Of a stretch of 50,635 nucleotides of DNA, positions 25,421 through 38,506 are shown one piece after another. The stretch lies in the NCBI GenBank assembly GCA_020536535.1, contig JAHLWZ010000439.1, positions 1 through 50,635 on the forward strand, given 5' to 3'. The position numbers were made by a program, and so were the translations under genes. The stretch is from Pelomyxa schiedti. Taxonomy: Eukaryota > Protista > Evosea. The notes under the pieces are model-generated. The model searched no databases and was not told the DNA's origin. It worked only from the letters and a program-made list of their open reading frames with translations. The first letter of the stretch is position 1. Each line of letters starts with the position of its first letter.

Positions 25421-28400
25421 ATGTCTTCTCGACAAAAACGCGGTCGTGAACATGGCAGCAATCACTCGCCATCTCCCCACCCCGCGCAGCCACACCCACA
25501 CACCGACCAACATGATTATGAACGCCCCACTCGTTGCGAGCGCGATGATGCCACAAGCGATGGCTGCGGGCTGTCATTCGACGATGCCATGGACGACGGC
25601 GGGCCGCTGGGAGGCGCCTCGCCCAGGCCGGTGCCCGAGCACCCCTCTGCCGCGTCGTCCACCGCAGCCGCCACCACAGTCACCTCCACAACCACAACCA
25701 CAACCACCACCACTTCATCGTCTTCGCGATCTCTGATGATGCAGATGCAGTCGCACCCGGCGCCCGCGCGCACGCCCCCGCCAATCTCGGCGACCGCGAG
25801 CCAGGCCGCGCTGTGCGCGGCGCCTCTGGCCCTCGCAGCCGTCACCCCCGCCATCTCGTTGTCGCGCCTCATCCCAGCCGCCACCACCCCGGCGCTCCCA
25901 TCATCACTTCCCACAGATGCAACTGCGGACGAAAGCGCAAACGCAACTGAGGACGCTGCTGTGGCTGTAGTAGCAGTAGCAGTAGAAGCACCGCGCTCGA
26001 CAGGAGGAGGAGGAGATACCAAGGCCGAGGGTGGTGATGAGGGCGACGCCGTTGCCGTTTTGGAAAGAGGAGGCAACAGCACCGAGCACCACTCCCATAG
26101 CCCCAATCACCACACCCACACCCACGACCACGCTCACGACCACCCGCGCCGGCTCCCTGATCGCAGCCACAAACACCACACCGGGCACCATTCTCGCCAT
26201 GCCGAACCTCACGGTTATCATCACACACACCGCCACGTGCGCGGCAGGCTCGGCCGCAGCCCCACGCGCCGTCGTGAATGTAGCAGTTCACGCCGCCATC
26301 ACTGTCATTATCACCCTCACCACAATGGTGATCATGATTACAATCAGAGTCGGAAGCAAAGTCGCCACGGTGGCCGCAAGGATCACCATCACCACGATCA
26401 TGATCGCAATGAGACGGCAGAAGAGGAGGAGAATGAGGCCGAAGGAGGATACGGAGGAGTCATGGGAGACATCATGATGGAGATTAGAGCGGCAGCGCCG
26501 GCGGCTTCGCCAGAGCCCGTTGTTGTGGCAGGAGCCAGCGCGGATGTTTCTGCTGAGGTTGTGAAGGTTGCTGATAATGAGGGAACCATTGCGGTCGGGG
26601 ATTACCCGCTTCCCACGAGCTTGTGCTACATGAGGTCGCGCGGGGACATTGAGAAGTGCGTCGAGAAGAAGCATGCCAAGTCTTTGTCTTTCAGTGATGT
26701 GAAGTATACTGTAAAGCCTTTTTTGAAGAAGCCTCAGCAGCTGCTCCACGATATTTCCGCACATGTGCCCGCTGGAAGCTTGGTAAGTTCGGTGTTGCAT
26801 GTTTAATAGTAAGCCTAATGTACAGTAGATTGCGCTGATGGGACCTAGTGGCGCGGGTAAAACTACCCTTCTGGATATTATCGCCGGCAGAGACAAAGGC
26901 GGAAAAGTTGAGGGTCAAGTCTGGATAGACAATGTGCATCCCACGCTGCAGTATTACAAAGACCATACTGCTTATGTCATGCAGGACAGTGCCTTTATCG
27001 GTACTTCGGCTTTCTTTCCATATTTAAATTCACACCCCACAGGTGAACTGTCTGTTAGAGAGACAATTTTATACAGAATCAAGTTGAAGTGTCCTCATTT
27101 ACCGAGTTTGGAGCAAGAAGCCTTAGCTGAAAAGACGATCTGTAATTTCAATCTCACCAAAGTATCACTGAATTCTTTTTTACTTGCTTCTCATCTACGC
27201 TTAGTGCAAGGATACAAGAGTTGGTTGTACCGGTAAAAGAGGCATATCTGGCGGTGAGAAGAGGAGATTATCTATCGCTGTTGAAGTCATCTCCGACCCT
27301 GAAATCCTTTTCATTGATGAAGTAGGTTTTAGTATCATTGACTTCTTTTTAATCATAACTCAGGTCACATCTGGCCTTGATGCCCAGAATGCACTTCAAG
27401 TCATGCAATCAGTGAAGAATTTTTGTTCTACAGGTTGTACGGTCATTTGTACAATACATCAGCCAAGGCCTTCAATATTTTCTATGTTTGACAAGGTTCT
27501 TCTCCTCAAGGATGGGTATCTTGTCTACTATGGGCCAACCAGGTTTGCCTAGCTTGTTTTTAGCATCTATGCCAAGTTATTTCGCAGTACCGTGCTGGAT
27601 TTCTTCGAAAAGCTCGGCTTTTTTGCATTTCCAGAGGATCCACCTGCAGACTTTATTATTGATGTCTTAACAGAAAAACCTTCTTCAGATTTGAGGGTTG
27701 GTTCCTAGAAACCTTTTTTCCACAGTGCACTAAATCATTCATATAGGCTGAAATTACTGGCAAGCTGGCAAAAATGGATTACAACGGGTCCAAGTTTAAT
27801 GAAGCCTATCGGCGATCTGAGTGGGTGAAGGACTCCATACTCCCAATAGATATATCTGGTACAAAAATGTATGGCCACTTTCACTGAAACTAATAAACTT
27901 CAGATCAATTCATGCAGAAAGAAAAGGGACAAACCTTTCAACGCGAATTTGCGGATTGGTGGATAAGGCTTTTCACACTATCTCAAAGGAACTGGGTGGA
28001 AAATTCCCGCAACTTCATGATTGTGTGGTTGAGGCTCCTCTTTTGCGTAGTATTTGGGGTTGCAATTGGGGGAGTGTGGTTCAATCTGAGCAAAGACCCA
28101 TCCCAGGCATACCGTCGTGTTGCCCCACTTTCATTTTTGATGATTGCCTTTTCAATTTTGGTAATACCTTTTCCATTAATATGTCTCTCTAATTTCTTCA
28201 GGTTATCCCTGTTATGAGTCAGGTTTTGAGTTCGCGGCAAATCTTGTTTCGAGAAAGAGGATTTGGGCTTTACTCATCCTTGACCTTTTATATCGCCTCT
28301 GCGGTGCAACATGTTCCCGTCAATCTTGCTATGACTCTACTCCTTGGTATCCTGCATTTTATGTAAACTATTTTTAATCCCGAAAATAGCCACCCCAGCT

Positions 28401-28949
28401 TACTGGATGACATTCCATGGAAATGCGGCGCAATTCTTTTTGTTCCTCTTCATCCTGTTTCTGAACTGTGACCAGAGTGGTTGCATATGCAAAATAATTG
28501 CTATGTTTTCCACAAATATGGTCATGTCCAGTGCACTTTTTGTTGCGCTCTTTTTGATATGCCTACTGTTTTCTGGCGCCCTTATCTACCCTGTAGATGT
28601 CAATGAAGTAGTTGTCCGCCTCAGGTAAGACATAATGTAATACAAATTACCAACACTAAGGCATCTCATAGTTACTTCAACTACGCCGTAGAAGCGCTAG
28701 TGAACAATGAATTCAGATTTGATAATTCAACAACATACCATGCAATACTGGTTTGTACTACCCCCTATTGTTCATTTACTCCCTCTCATTCCTTATATTA
28801 CATGCATATTAATCTCCCTTTTTTTTTTGCAGGAAACGAAAGGATTTAAAGAGTTTTTATGGCAGGACATTGGCATACTCATTGGCCTTGAAATTGTACT
28901 CCACATAGCACTTCTAATTACCACCGCAATTGTAAAGGAGCGCCGATAG
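25421..28949 (+). CDS. ABCG (White-type) half-transporter with long low-complexity, His-rich N-terminus
   Basis: Walker A MGPSGAGKTTLLDI, Q-loop YVMQDS, signature GISGGEKRRLSIA, Walker B LFIDEVTSGLD, H-loop CTIHQP, then an ABC2 membrane domain (LFRERGFGLY..., YFNYAVEAL.NNEF). Confidence 0.92.
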
Positions 28950-29139
28950 CACCATCCTTTATATCAATCAACAACCAGAATACAACAACAACTGTATCAT
29001 CTTCAATATACAACAGCACACCCAACAACACCAACCTACCAACGTACAAACGCCTATTTATTTTTTTTTATTTTCACCACAGTCACCGCATCCAAACCAC
29101 CAGCACCGATAATTTTTGTTGTAAGAAAAAAGTAGAAAC

Positions 29140-30723
29140 ATGGGACGAGTTGCTATTTTTCCGAGCATTCCGTGTCGTCTTTTGTAGAGTTCAACAACGT
29201 CACATAAGGGTTTTCTTCATCTATGAAATATTACACTAGTTTGATATTTAAAAGATTGAGAAGTGACTGACCGCTGGGAGTTCGCTATTAGACAACTTAG
29301 TGGAAGAAGCTACCAACACTCTTCTGAAGCACTACAATAACAGATTCCAACCTGCTCCACACCAATTTCCAACGCCCTTTTCGGATTATGGGTCCACACC
29401 AACAAAAAAATGTGTGGTGTGCTTAGAGGGTTGGAGAAATTGATAATCACCAAGCCATTGCGAATGATCACCTCTAGTGTACGAACACGAAAAGGAAATG
29501 GCTAAATACAGGTCAGACACTTCAGGTTTGGGTTCACTCAAGGTCACTCAGCCGCCTATTTTTCTAAGCCGACGGAATGTAATACATCATTATGGGTCAC
29601 CTGGTCATTGCAATGATTGTTTCAGTGTAGTAGCAGGCAGAACTTTGTAACGTTAAAATGAATTCAGTACATATATTAACAACATTCATTTGGCATGAAG
29701 GTCAGGGGTATGTGCGGAATAGATGGAATTCTTGACAGTCGAGGGAATCAGATTCCTTGGCCCATTCTTTGTTGTTACGAACATGTATCACAGGTACTTT
29801 GCCCCTCTTGCACCAACAAGTCACTTGACAAAGTAGAAAAACACCGGCAACTGGCACAATTGCAAGGTAAAGGGCGCCAAGGCTNNNNNNNNNNNNNNNN
29901 NNNNNNNNNNNNNNNNNNNNNNNNNNNNNNNNNNNNNNNNNNNNNNNNNNNNNNNNNNNNNNNNNNNNNNNNNNNNNNNNNNNNATTCTTTGTTGTTACG
30001 AACATGTATCACAGGTACTTTGCCCCTCTTGCACCAACAAGTCACTTGACAAAGTAGAAAAACACCGGCAACTGGCACAATTGCAAGGTAAAGGGCGCCA
30101 AGGCTAGCTTCTTCAAACAGGGTGAAGTGAGGCTGTTTTGGAAGAGTTCAATGAAAGAGAGAACATGGCACATACATTAGGGCACTCGGCAGTAGTCCCG
30201 ATGTTGTTACTCGGCCTGTAATTGCACTTGTTGAGGTCAATTATCGAATTGTTCGCCGAGGTCTTGTAATTGCATAGCTCCCGGCCCAAAGCCGTATCAA
30301 ACACCACATGCGAGCTGTTGCACATAACGTAAGCCTTCCACATCGAATTACAGCCGGGTGGAATCCACCAGGTGCTATCTGGATAGATATGAGTTTGGAT
30401 CCAAAGTAAAAGTAACTACAACAAGGATCACCACTGCAATTGTCATTATGGAAGTGCCGCAAAACAATCCTAAAATAAGTCATAAGCAGAGTGCCAAAGG
30501 GAGGGAAAATGTACTAAAACATCTGGATGTCAACACACCCTTCTGCAGGGATGAGTGCTACCTGGCACTCAGTCTCCTTCGCCCTATAGTTGTCAACAAA
30601 ACAGGGCTCCCTTTGCGTTTCACAAGCTTCCCAGGTACTTTCCTCAGCACTCCTCATAACGACTGGCCATTCCGGGGTACAAGCTGTGTAATGTGTGGTG
30701 GTTGCAAAGTGAACTTCGATTAA
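29140..30723 (+). pseudogene. Probable degenerate or unresolved multi-exon gene, Cys-containing, unknown family
   Basis: Coding-like blocks bounded by splice-like sites (TKKCVVCLE; GHCNDCFSV; TSCVMCGGC) interrupted by TGA/TAG/TAA stops and apparent frameshifts. Spans the gap at 29885-29984. Confidence 0.3.
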
Positions 30724-31163
30724 GTCCTCCCTCCCGGACCGTCGTCATCATCACTTTGTAGTTTACGAACATGGTGGTGGTGTTGTGTTGTTGTTGTCGC
30801 ACAAACAACATGCGGGCATACAGTTGCCAGCACGCCAAGTCTGAACACGCCAGACCAGATCCTTTCCTTCACACCCACACAGCTCCCACACAATAACAAC
30901 AAAAACGGCAGCAGAAAGAGTCACAGGGCCCCGAGACATCACTCGCCGCGCCCACACACAACAACCAACACACTACCCAGTGTTGTGCTTCCCTGAAGTG
31001 TTCGTTGGGTCTCTTTCGTTTCTATTTTGGTCAATGAGCAAGTCGTTTGTGATCTTCTCGTTTAGCTGCTGTGTCGTGTACAAAAGGAAATTTGTTTTTT
31101 GTCCTTGGCATTCCTTCCACCACAACCAGGTTAAAGGGCTTGGTGTTGTTTAGGCTTTTGAGG

Positions 31164-33785
31164 TCAAAGCATCTTCAGTACAATTATGTCGTGGATGAGG
31201 CCTGCGATGGTTGATTGCATCCTGTGTGTGAGGGGAGCAAAGTATAAGTTAAGAGAGAGAGATGTGGGGAGAAGCGCAGTGGTGTTGTACCTGGCCTTGA
31301 CTACGTTGTATTGTTCGAACTGGGGCTGTTCCAGCTTCGGTTCCAGGTTGATTCCCGACATGAGCTTGTCGACCAGGGGCTTCGCCTTGTCACGCTCGTT
31401 GCTGAGCCGCATGCGGAAGTTGCGCAGCGCGAAAGTGCACTCGCGGGTTACAACGCCGAGAACTGTTGGGAAGTCAACCGTCCAGCACCATATTGACCGC
31501 TGCGCGTTCCGCTCTGCGGTTTTGGGAATTTGCTGCCATTTGCGGTCAGTGATTGAGGGAAGTTTTTTTTTTTTTTGTTTGTGTGTTTTGGCTTGTTGTT
31601 GTTTGGTTTTTTGTGTATATTGTTGTGTTTTGATTAGGTTATGGGGAGAATGTGGGCGGAGTGGAGCGGAGGAGAGGACCTGTGTTTGGACATAGTTTTG
31701 AAGCATCATGGAGTGTAATAGAAGCCTGGTTTCACCCAATCTGAGCATACTAAGATGATACAGCTGAATTCTGATGTTACACCTTGTATAAAAATGGAGG
31801 ACTACCTGGGAATTTTCGAGCATTTTCTTTGAAATAAGAAGTTGGAATAGCCTGTGTGCATGGGGACCAAATTTCGACTTGACAACGGAGGCAATTAAGC
31901 TGTCTCTCAAGAAATGTGTCAGGTCAGGTACGTCTTTGTGGGGAAAAAATCCTTTATTCTTGAATATGAACTGGAGGAAGTCATACTTAGATGATAGAGT
32001 TGTTGTCGTTCCTTTCCTGGAACAAGCCGTTTCTGTAGAATTCTATATTTCTCTCCAGCCAGAAAATTGATATAACCCTTTTACTTCTTTACTTTTACGA
32101 TGCAGGAACAAGGAGCGAATACCTGGAAGTCAGCAGGGCTGACATGGCTCACTTGAGGGTTTGGGTGGTTGTCAAGTGCTTTCCTCAAAACTTGCAGGTC
32201 CACCGATTCACCTGGACAACCATTAAGAACAGATAGTGAAGATTTGACTGCACACTTCCATTTCGTGAAAGAGAAAACAGTATACGAATGATCTCGGATG
32301 CTACCGGATTTACTCTACTAGACATAATCTCTGTGCATTCCTGTTGTTGCATTAGAGTCCTGACTTAACACTTGGGATTAACATCTATTCGTAAGTCATT
32401 TAGAAATTGCGTGAAATTGAGCTTCCAAAGGGAGTTGTCATCTTCACTCTAAAAAGAATTAGACTTAGAGGAGAGGAAGCGAGAGAAATGCCTGTAAACT
32501 CTCGGTTGGTACTCCATAACCAGGATAGAATGTAGATGTTGTTGACGTTGTTTGAATAGAGCTAATGCTTTCCCTGATTTCCTCCTCAAGAGTTTTCTTG
32601 GTGCTACCTAACGCTGATGAGATATACGCATCACGGGTCTAAGTGGAACCTTCATCTTCCTTCTTTGTTCGTCGTTTCTGTTTAAAAATTGAATATTCAC
32701 TAAGAGGTGGAAGAAAAACATATGTTACCTTTGAAGTAGTCCCTGGGGTATTGGGCTTCCTCCCTCTTTTCTTCTTGGTTTCTAACAAACAATGAGAGAC
32801 AGAATAATGGGGAACTATGCATTCCAGCAGCAGTTGCTTCTGTTGATGAACTGGCAGGCAATGGCGGGATTACCGGCAACATACTACCGAGGATAGGAAA
32901 GGTGTCTCCTTTGGCAGGAAGTGAAGCTGACGCAGTAGCCTTTGATGCACGGATAAGTAAAAAAGCAGTACACAACTCTCTAAAGGCAAACTGAAGAAAA
33001 AGATTACATAAGGACTTAGGAAAAACAAACGTGCACCTCAGTTCTGTCCTGGTTATCAATTGATGGAAGAACAGCTTCAGCTGGAAGGTTTTCATTGACA
33101 CAGGCCAAAATTTGGCTTTTTGACATAATTCCATTTAGCATAAGACCCATGACTATCAACCTGGCCTAACAGACTAAGATGAAACAAGGCTGAAGTGTAG
33201 GAGCGACCATACATTCTCTGAGTATTTCTTTTGTATCTTGACTAATAACATTGGGAAAGCTGCCCTGAGATATACATTATTCAGTATAAGCTTGTATTTT
33301 GTAGCCTGCATTTATGTTAGCATAAGGATTGCTCCAAATCAAATCAACAACCACTTTGCCTTGCCATTCGTGTGCAGTTCCCACAGCCAATTGGTGCTGA
33401 AGCAAGATACACAAGCAGTTTTTAGCAACCTGGGGAAAGAAAAAAAAAAAAGAGGGAATTAAAAAGATTACATGACATGACCTTCCACGCAACACACGAG
33501 TTTGGGTAGCCCAGCCTTACGTTGTATGTCAGCCAAAGTACGGCTCCCATTTGCAAATATATAACCCCCTACTTGCTGAGATTTTGTTTGTAACGAAAAT
33601 GCACACCAATAAAATACACTGGCGTCACGACGAGGAAACACGAAAAGCAGGCACACAGTGCACGCGAACACGAACGAGCGAGGATTATGGGACTACGATG
33701 AGGGAGTGTGACACACAGCAACGAGGGGACCAAAGTCGCTGCTCAGTATGTCAATCACCATCTCATGATCAAGAGGAAAGTCCAT
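31164..33785 (-). CDS. POLR3C: RNA polymerase III subunit RPC3 (C82/RPC62)
   Basis: N-terminus MDFPLDHEMVIDILSSDFGPLVA|QVGGYIFANGSRTL..KNCLCILLQHQL; SLWKLNFTQF; IASVVKSKFGPHAHRLFQLL..KMLE; YVQTQQIPKTAERNAQRSIWCWTVD. Confidence 0.85.
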
Positions 33786-33952
33786 AACGTCCCACCGGTG
33801 GCCCCGCTAATTTGATGGTAACAATTTGTTCAAGAAGCCGAAATGAATTCCTGGCAATAATACATTGTTTTATTTTCTCCTCCACTCTACTGAGTTCAGA
33901 GATATTACTTTTGTTGTGAGAGTTGGGGCGATTGTGGGTTTTGGGAATGAAT

Positions 33953-34765
33953 TTAGAGCATGGAGCAGCCACCCTTCTTGCTCTTCTTGATTGGTTTCGG
34001 TTGTGCCCTGCGGATTTCGCGCACAAGTTCAAAGAATGAGTTCTCGACGTTGATTCGCGTGCGGGCCGATGTCTCCCTGCATATTTGGTTAATTATGGCT
34101 GTTCATATATTATTTATTATTGTTCTTGTTATTAGGATAGGAAGCAGTGAGGGAATTGATACATGAAGGGGCATCCCCAGGACTTGGCGAGTTCAGAACC
34201 TTCGGCTGATGTTACTTTTCGCTCAGGCTCCAAGTCACATTTGTTTCCGCATAGAACCATGGGGACTTTGTCCTTGTCCTTTGAGCGGAGGATTTGCTCC
34301 CTTTTTTTGGTTTGCTGGGTTAGGTTCTTGCTGTGGGAATTGAATTAATTATATTGGTAGGTACTTGAAGGTTGTTATCTCGTCAAAGGAGTTCCTTGAG
34401 GTGATTGAGAATATGCACAAGAATCCCTCACCAGTCCTCATGTACTGGTCCCTCATTGCGCTGTACTCCTCTTGCCCAGCTATTCATTTGTTTAGTTTTA
34501 CGAAATATATAACAAAGCATTATGCGTACCAGTATCTAGAATGTCCAGAAGGCATGTGGGCTCAGAGTCAATGGCCACTTGTTTCCTGTACGAGTCCTCA
34601 ATGGTAGGGTCGTACTCTAACTCAAAAGGTTAGAATTTGTGTTTTGTTGTTGTTTATTTTAAACTCACCATCAATGAAGTGGTTCTGAATGAATTGGATT
34701 GTCAGGGCTGATTTGCCTACACCTCCTCCACCAACCACCACAAGTTTGTATTCCATTTGTGCCAT
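33953..34765 (-). CDS. RAS: Ras small GTPase (Dictyostelium RasG/RasD-like), absent from the ORF track
   Basis: [32 protein letters not shown]|[14 protein letters not shown]...[26 protein letters not shown]...GNKCDL...ETSAR...KKGGCSML* (CAAX box). Confidence 0.96.
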
Positions 34766-35132
34766 TTTTGGTTATTGTTTGCTTGTTTTTGCTGTTGTTG
34801 GTTTGTCGCTTTGCTGTTTGTCTTTTTTTTTTATTTGCTTGTTTATCGTCGTTGATCAACGTTAGGTTTTTAAACCTTGATTTTTTGTGGTTTTCTAATT
34901 TCCGGAAGCTCGTTTCAAGTTATCGGCCGATCAAATAAGGATTGTTCGGGGTAACAGATAGCAGATAAAGGCCCTCAGAGTCGCAGAGCCTTTCTCTTGA
35001 AAAAAAAGGTCTTGTGTTCTTGTTTGTAAACATTTAAAACGATGGAAAATGGGAGAATTGTGAACTGTGTGAATAGTTGGAAATGATATTGTATAGTCCT
35101 GGGGGTGGGTTGTGTGTCGGTAGGACAGGGCC

Positions 35133-35459
35133 TTATTCTTCTGCTAGTTTTGGTTGTGGTGGTGCTAGAGGTGTCATTTGTGATACATAGCATGAGAGCC
35201 ACCTGGAACAGGAAGTTTGTTGTTGAGTAAACGGTAATTTAATTATTATGGATATCGGCGGAAGTACATAAGGTATAAGCAGATTACGGCTGTAACAGCA
35301 AGCAGGCGATGAAGGCTGTAAAAACGGTGTTAGGGAAGAAATAAGCTAAGGGAAAAAAGAGCGAGTGACACACTGCTTATCGGGACCAGGTACAAAAATG
35401 AGGCCTAAAATGGCAAGACCTCCTGCGATGATCGTTGCAATTATAATTGGAGACAACAT
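35133..35459 (-). CDS. ATP6V0E: V-ATPase V0 subunit e (Vma9/ATP6V0E), absent from the ORF track
   Basis: Three exons give MLSPIIIATIIAGGLAILGLIFVPGPDKHLHRLLAVTAVICLYLMWLSCCVSQMTPLAPPQPKLAEE*: two TM helices and the C-x-Y-L-x-W...Q-x-x-P-L-x-x-P signature. Confidence 0.82.
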
Positions 35460-36016
35460 TGTTCCTGTAGTGTATTAAGAACCACATAAAGAGTCGCGCC
35501 CATTTCATCATTTTTATTCCATTCATTTGAAACACTTTATCGCCGCTCCTACAACACCATAAAATAAAACTTTGTAACTCCCAGTTAAAACAATAACAAT
35601 AAAAAAAAATCAAGAAAAAAAAAAAAAAAAAAAGCCCAGCCCCAAAAACCACCACGTAAGAACAGAGAGTGTAATATTACAGGAATGGGGTTAGTGCAAG
35701 TGATGTGTTTGGTCGTTCAATCGGGCCGCCGATGTCGCACAAGCGTCACACCGCAACCTTGTTGTGTTGGACTTTGTTTTTCTTTTGTTTTTGATGTTCT
35801 TGGAACCGCGATCTAAGGGAACAGAGAATCTAGAAGACTGTGGACTTGTTCTATTTGTTTTTTTTTTGGTGCTAGTGTGGTTCTATGGAATCATCTCAAC
35901 ATTCGTTTGTGTTGAGAGATGGTTACAACAGTCGAATTTATATAGGGATATGATGGTGCTGTGGTGTGGTGGTGTGATATGGAGGGGTATGTAAAGGGGG
36001 AATGTACGGTATCGAT

Positions 36017-37312
36017 TTATGCTTTCTTGTAGGGCTGCAGTAGGGTGTATATTTTGTCAAAGGCTTGGAGAATGTCATCTCGTTGCTGTGCAAATGTCAA
36101 TTATGAACTTGAAATACATTTGAAGGCCTACTTTGGCACCGGTGAGAACAATCCTGCCAGAAACGAAGATGAGCAACACAACTTTAGGTTTCATCATCCT
36201 GTAAATCAACCCAGGAAAGATTTCCGGCTCATACTGTTTAGGAGTGAGATATAAAGCGGCTAAATTTAAATGCTAACATACGCTACAAGATCGTGGCTGA
36301 TCGCTGGCGAGAGATTCGAGTTTCACTGGAAATTTCACATTGGAGGATGCAACAATATTTTGGATCTTAAAATCTTCACAGCGGGTAGGAAAGTTGAGCT
36401 TCTGTATGATTCGGGCATATTTGCGGGCAGCAAGATGGGACTGCTCTTCAGTTTTAGCTCCTGTGGTAAAATGTGGTTATTATTTGGAAAAGAAGAAAAT
36501 TTGCCAACCTGCACAAACCATCTTGCCAGAAGCGAATACAAGTGCTGTTGTCTTGGGTTCACGAATTCTCATAATTACAGCCGCAAAACGCTGTAATGTA
36601 ACGTATGATGATGCGTTGATTTAAGATTGGGTTTTTCTTTTTGAAAAAAAACCGAACCTTAGGGTTGTATTCAGCATTTCTGGCATGCAACGCAATTGTC
36701 TTCAAGTCAAGTTTACACTGAAGATTTGCAGTAGACACAATATTGCTTGAGAAGAAGTTAGCGCTAATAGGGTTGTGTTAGGATGACATACTGCAAAGTC
36801 GGAGTCATATCTGGAGGGAAGTTGTAGTTCTTAGGGGTAGTAGGTGGATTATAAGAGGTAGCCGTAGACGGGGAAGCAACAGGACTTCCACGCATCGGTG
36901 TGTTCTGTCCCATCATTCCATACTGCTGTGGCGAGGGCGCATACATCTGTTGCTGCGGCTGAGACCCATATTGCGGCTGGGAGTACGCCCCCTGCTGCTC
37001 CATCCCGGGGAACGCAGCCATGCCCCCCATAGAAGTGCCAGGGCTTCCAGATAGAGGGCTCGCAGCACCAGAAGGCGATGTAGTACTAGTGCACGTTGTT
37101 GCCGTCGTCGAAGTTACGATTGGGAATCCGCCACTTTGCTGCGGCATTGGCGAGGCTGTGTTTGACATTGGGGGCCTCATTTCGGCAGAGTGATCTTCGT
37201 ATGCATCAACATCAGTGCCATCGATCCCCATGGTGCCCAGGGCCTCAACCAGACCGCCCTGCGCCTCTTTGGGTATCAGTGTCGACAGAACGTCATATCT
37301 ATTTCTGCTCAT
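36017..37312 (-). CDS. TBP: TATA-binding protein with Q/P/S/T-rich N-terminus
   Basis: PTLQ|[29 protein letters not shown]|[30 protein letters not shown]...KIQNIVAS...[34 protein letters not shown]. Confidence 0.96.
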
Positions 37313-37685
37313 TTTCCCTTTTTCTCACTGCAGTCGGCAATGCCAGTAACAGTAACATTAAAAATCGTCGTAGCCAACACGGTGAAACAAAAGCAAAAGC
37401 AAAAAGGGGATATGGTGAGTGACATGTCGTGCAACACAACGTGTGTGAAGAGCGCACGGCGTGATACGAATATAACAAGTTGTCGCACCTCCGGCTGCGG
37501 GATACACTTGGTTTTTTTTTATTGGGAATTGGAAAATTGTGATTCTCAGTTGCACTCATCGCTTTAATATCGCTCAGGGCAGGCATCAATCACCCCCCCC
37601 CCGCAAGTTGCCGGCGTCGCGTTCGACACACACACGCACACCCAGACACACGAGGATTATAGCCGGGCAAACCAAACCCATAAGC

Positions 37686-38346
37686 ATGTCGGCGATGGCG
37701 GCAGCCGCAGCAAACACGGAGTGGCACGGGTTGTTCGTGGGGCTACGCGGGGACATCAACTTCTGCGCCAATTGTGGGTCCATTCTGGTGCTGCCCGCCA
37801 AGGGCAAATCTGAGGACATCGTGCCGTGCCACAGGTGCAACCACCCCCTGGCACTCTCAGGTGCGTCGTCCCATAAGCCTGTGTGCGCTTGGTGCCGGTG
37901 GTTGTTGATTGCGATTGGTTTTATACTTTGACTCTCTCACCTTTTTTTCTCCCCCCGGGGCATGCTGCTTTTTTTTTTATTTTTTCTTTCTTTAATGATG
38001 AAAATAGAGTTGGAGGCAGCACCACCTGTTGTGACGAGATATACAAGGAGAAGGATAGTGAGTGCTGAAGAAGATGAAGATTCTGAAAACAAGGGTGCCA
38101 CGGTAAGTCTGTGTTGTACTATCTTCATTTGTGGACTATATATATATAATATTTGGAATACAGATAAAAGAGGATTGCCCGCAATGCGGCCACAATGAGC
38201 TGCACTTCCACACCGCACAACTGAGGTCCGCTGATGAAGGTTTGGATTCTTTTTTAAACACCTAGTTCACACAAAACTTTCAAACAGGTCAAACAATTTT
38301 CTATGAGTGCCCGAAATGTGGGTACCAATTCTCCCAGAATTCTTGA
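37686..38346 (+). CDS. POLR1H: RNA polymerase I subunit RPA12
   Basis: N-terminal zinc ribbon FCANCGSIL...CHRC and TFIIS-like C-terminal ribbon [40 protein letters not shown]. Confidence 0.92.
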
Positions 38347-38506
38347 GTTGCCTTCTCCCTCACCATAATATAATAGCAATATTCTGTGTAAAGGAATTTT
38401 AATATGCGCAAAACAGTCCTTTGCCCAGTTAGAGGACAAAGTGAATACATTCCCTGTGGATGATTCTGTGTCTGTGCCGGTGTTATTGGTGTTGGTGTGG
38501 TTGATT

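Noticed and set aside
29764-30105. Direct repeat 29764-29884 / 29985-30105 around a gap
   Set aside because: Same 121-bp gap-flanking artefact.
29245-30480. In-frame TGA codons in the degenerate locus as possible Sec
   Set aside because: TAG and TAA stops occur too, there is no redox-motif context, and I saw no SECIS-like element.
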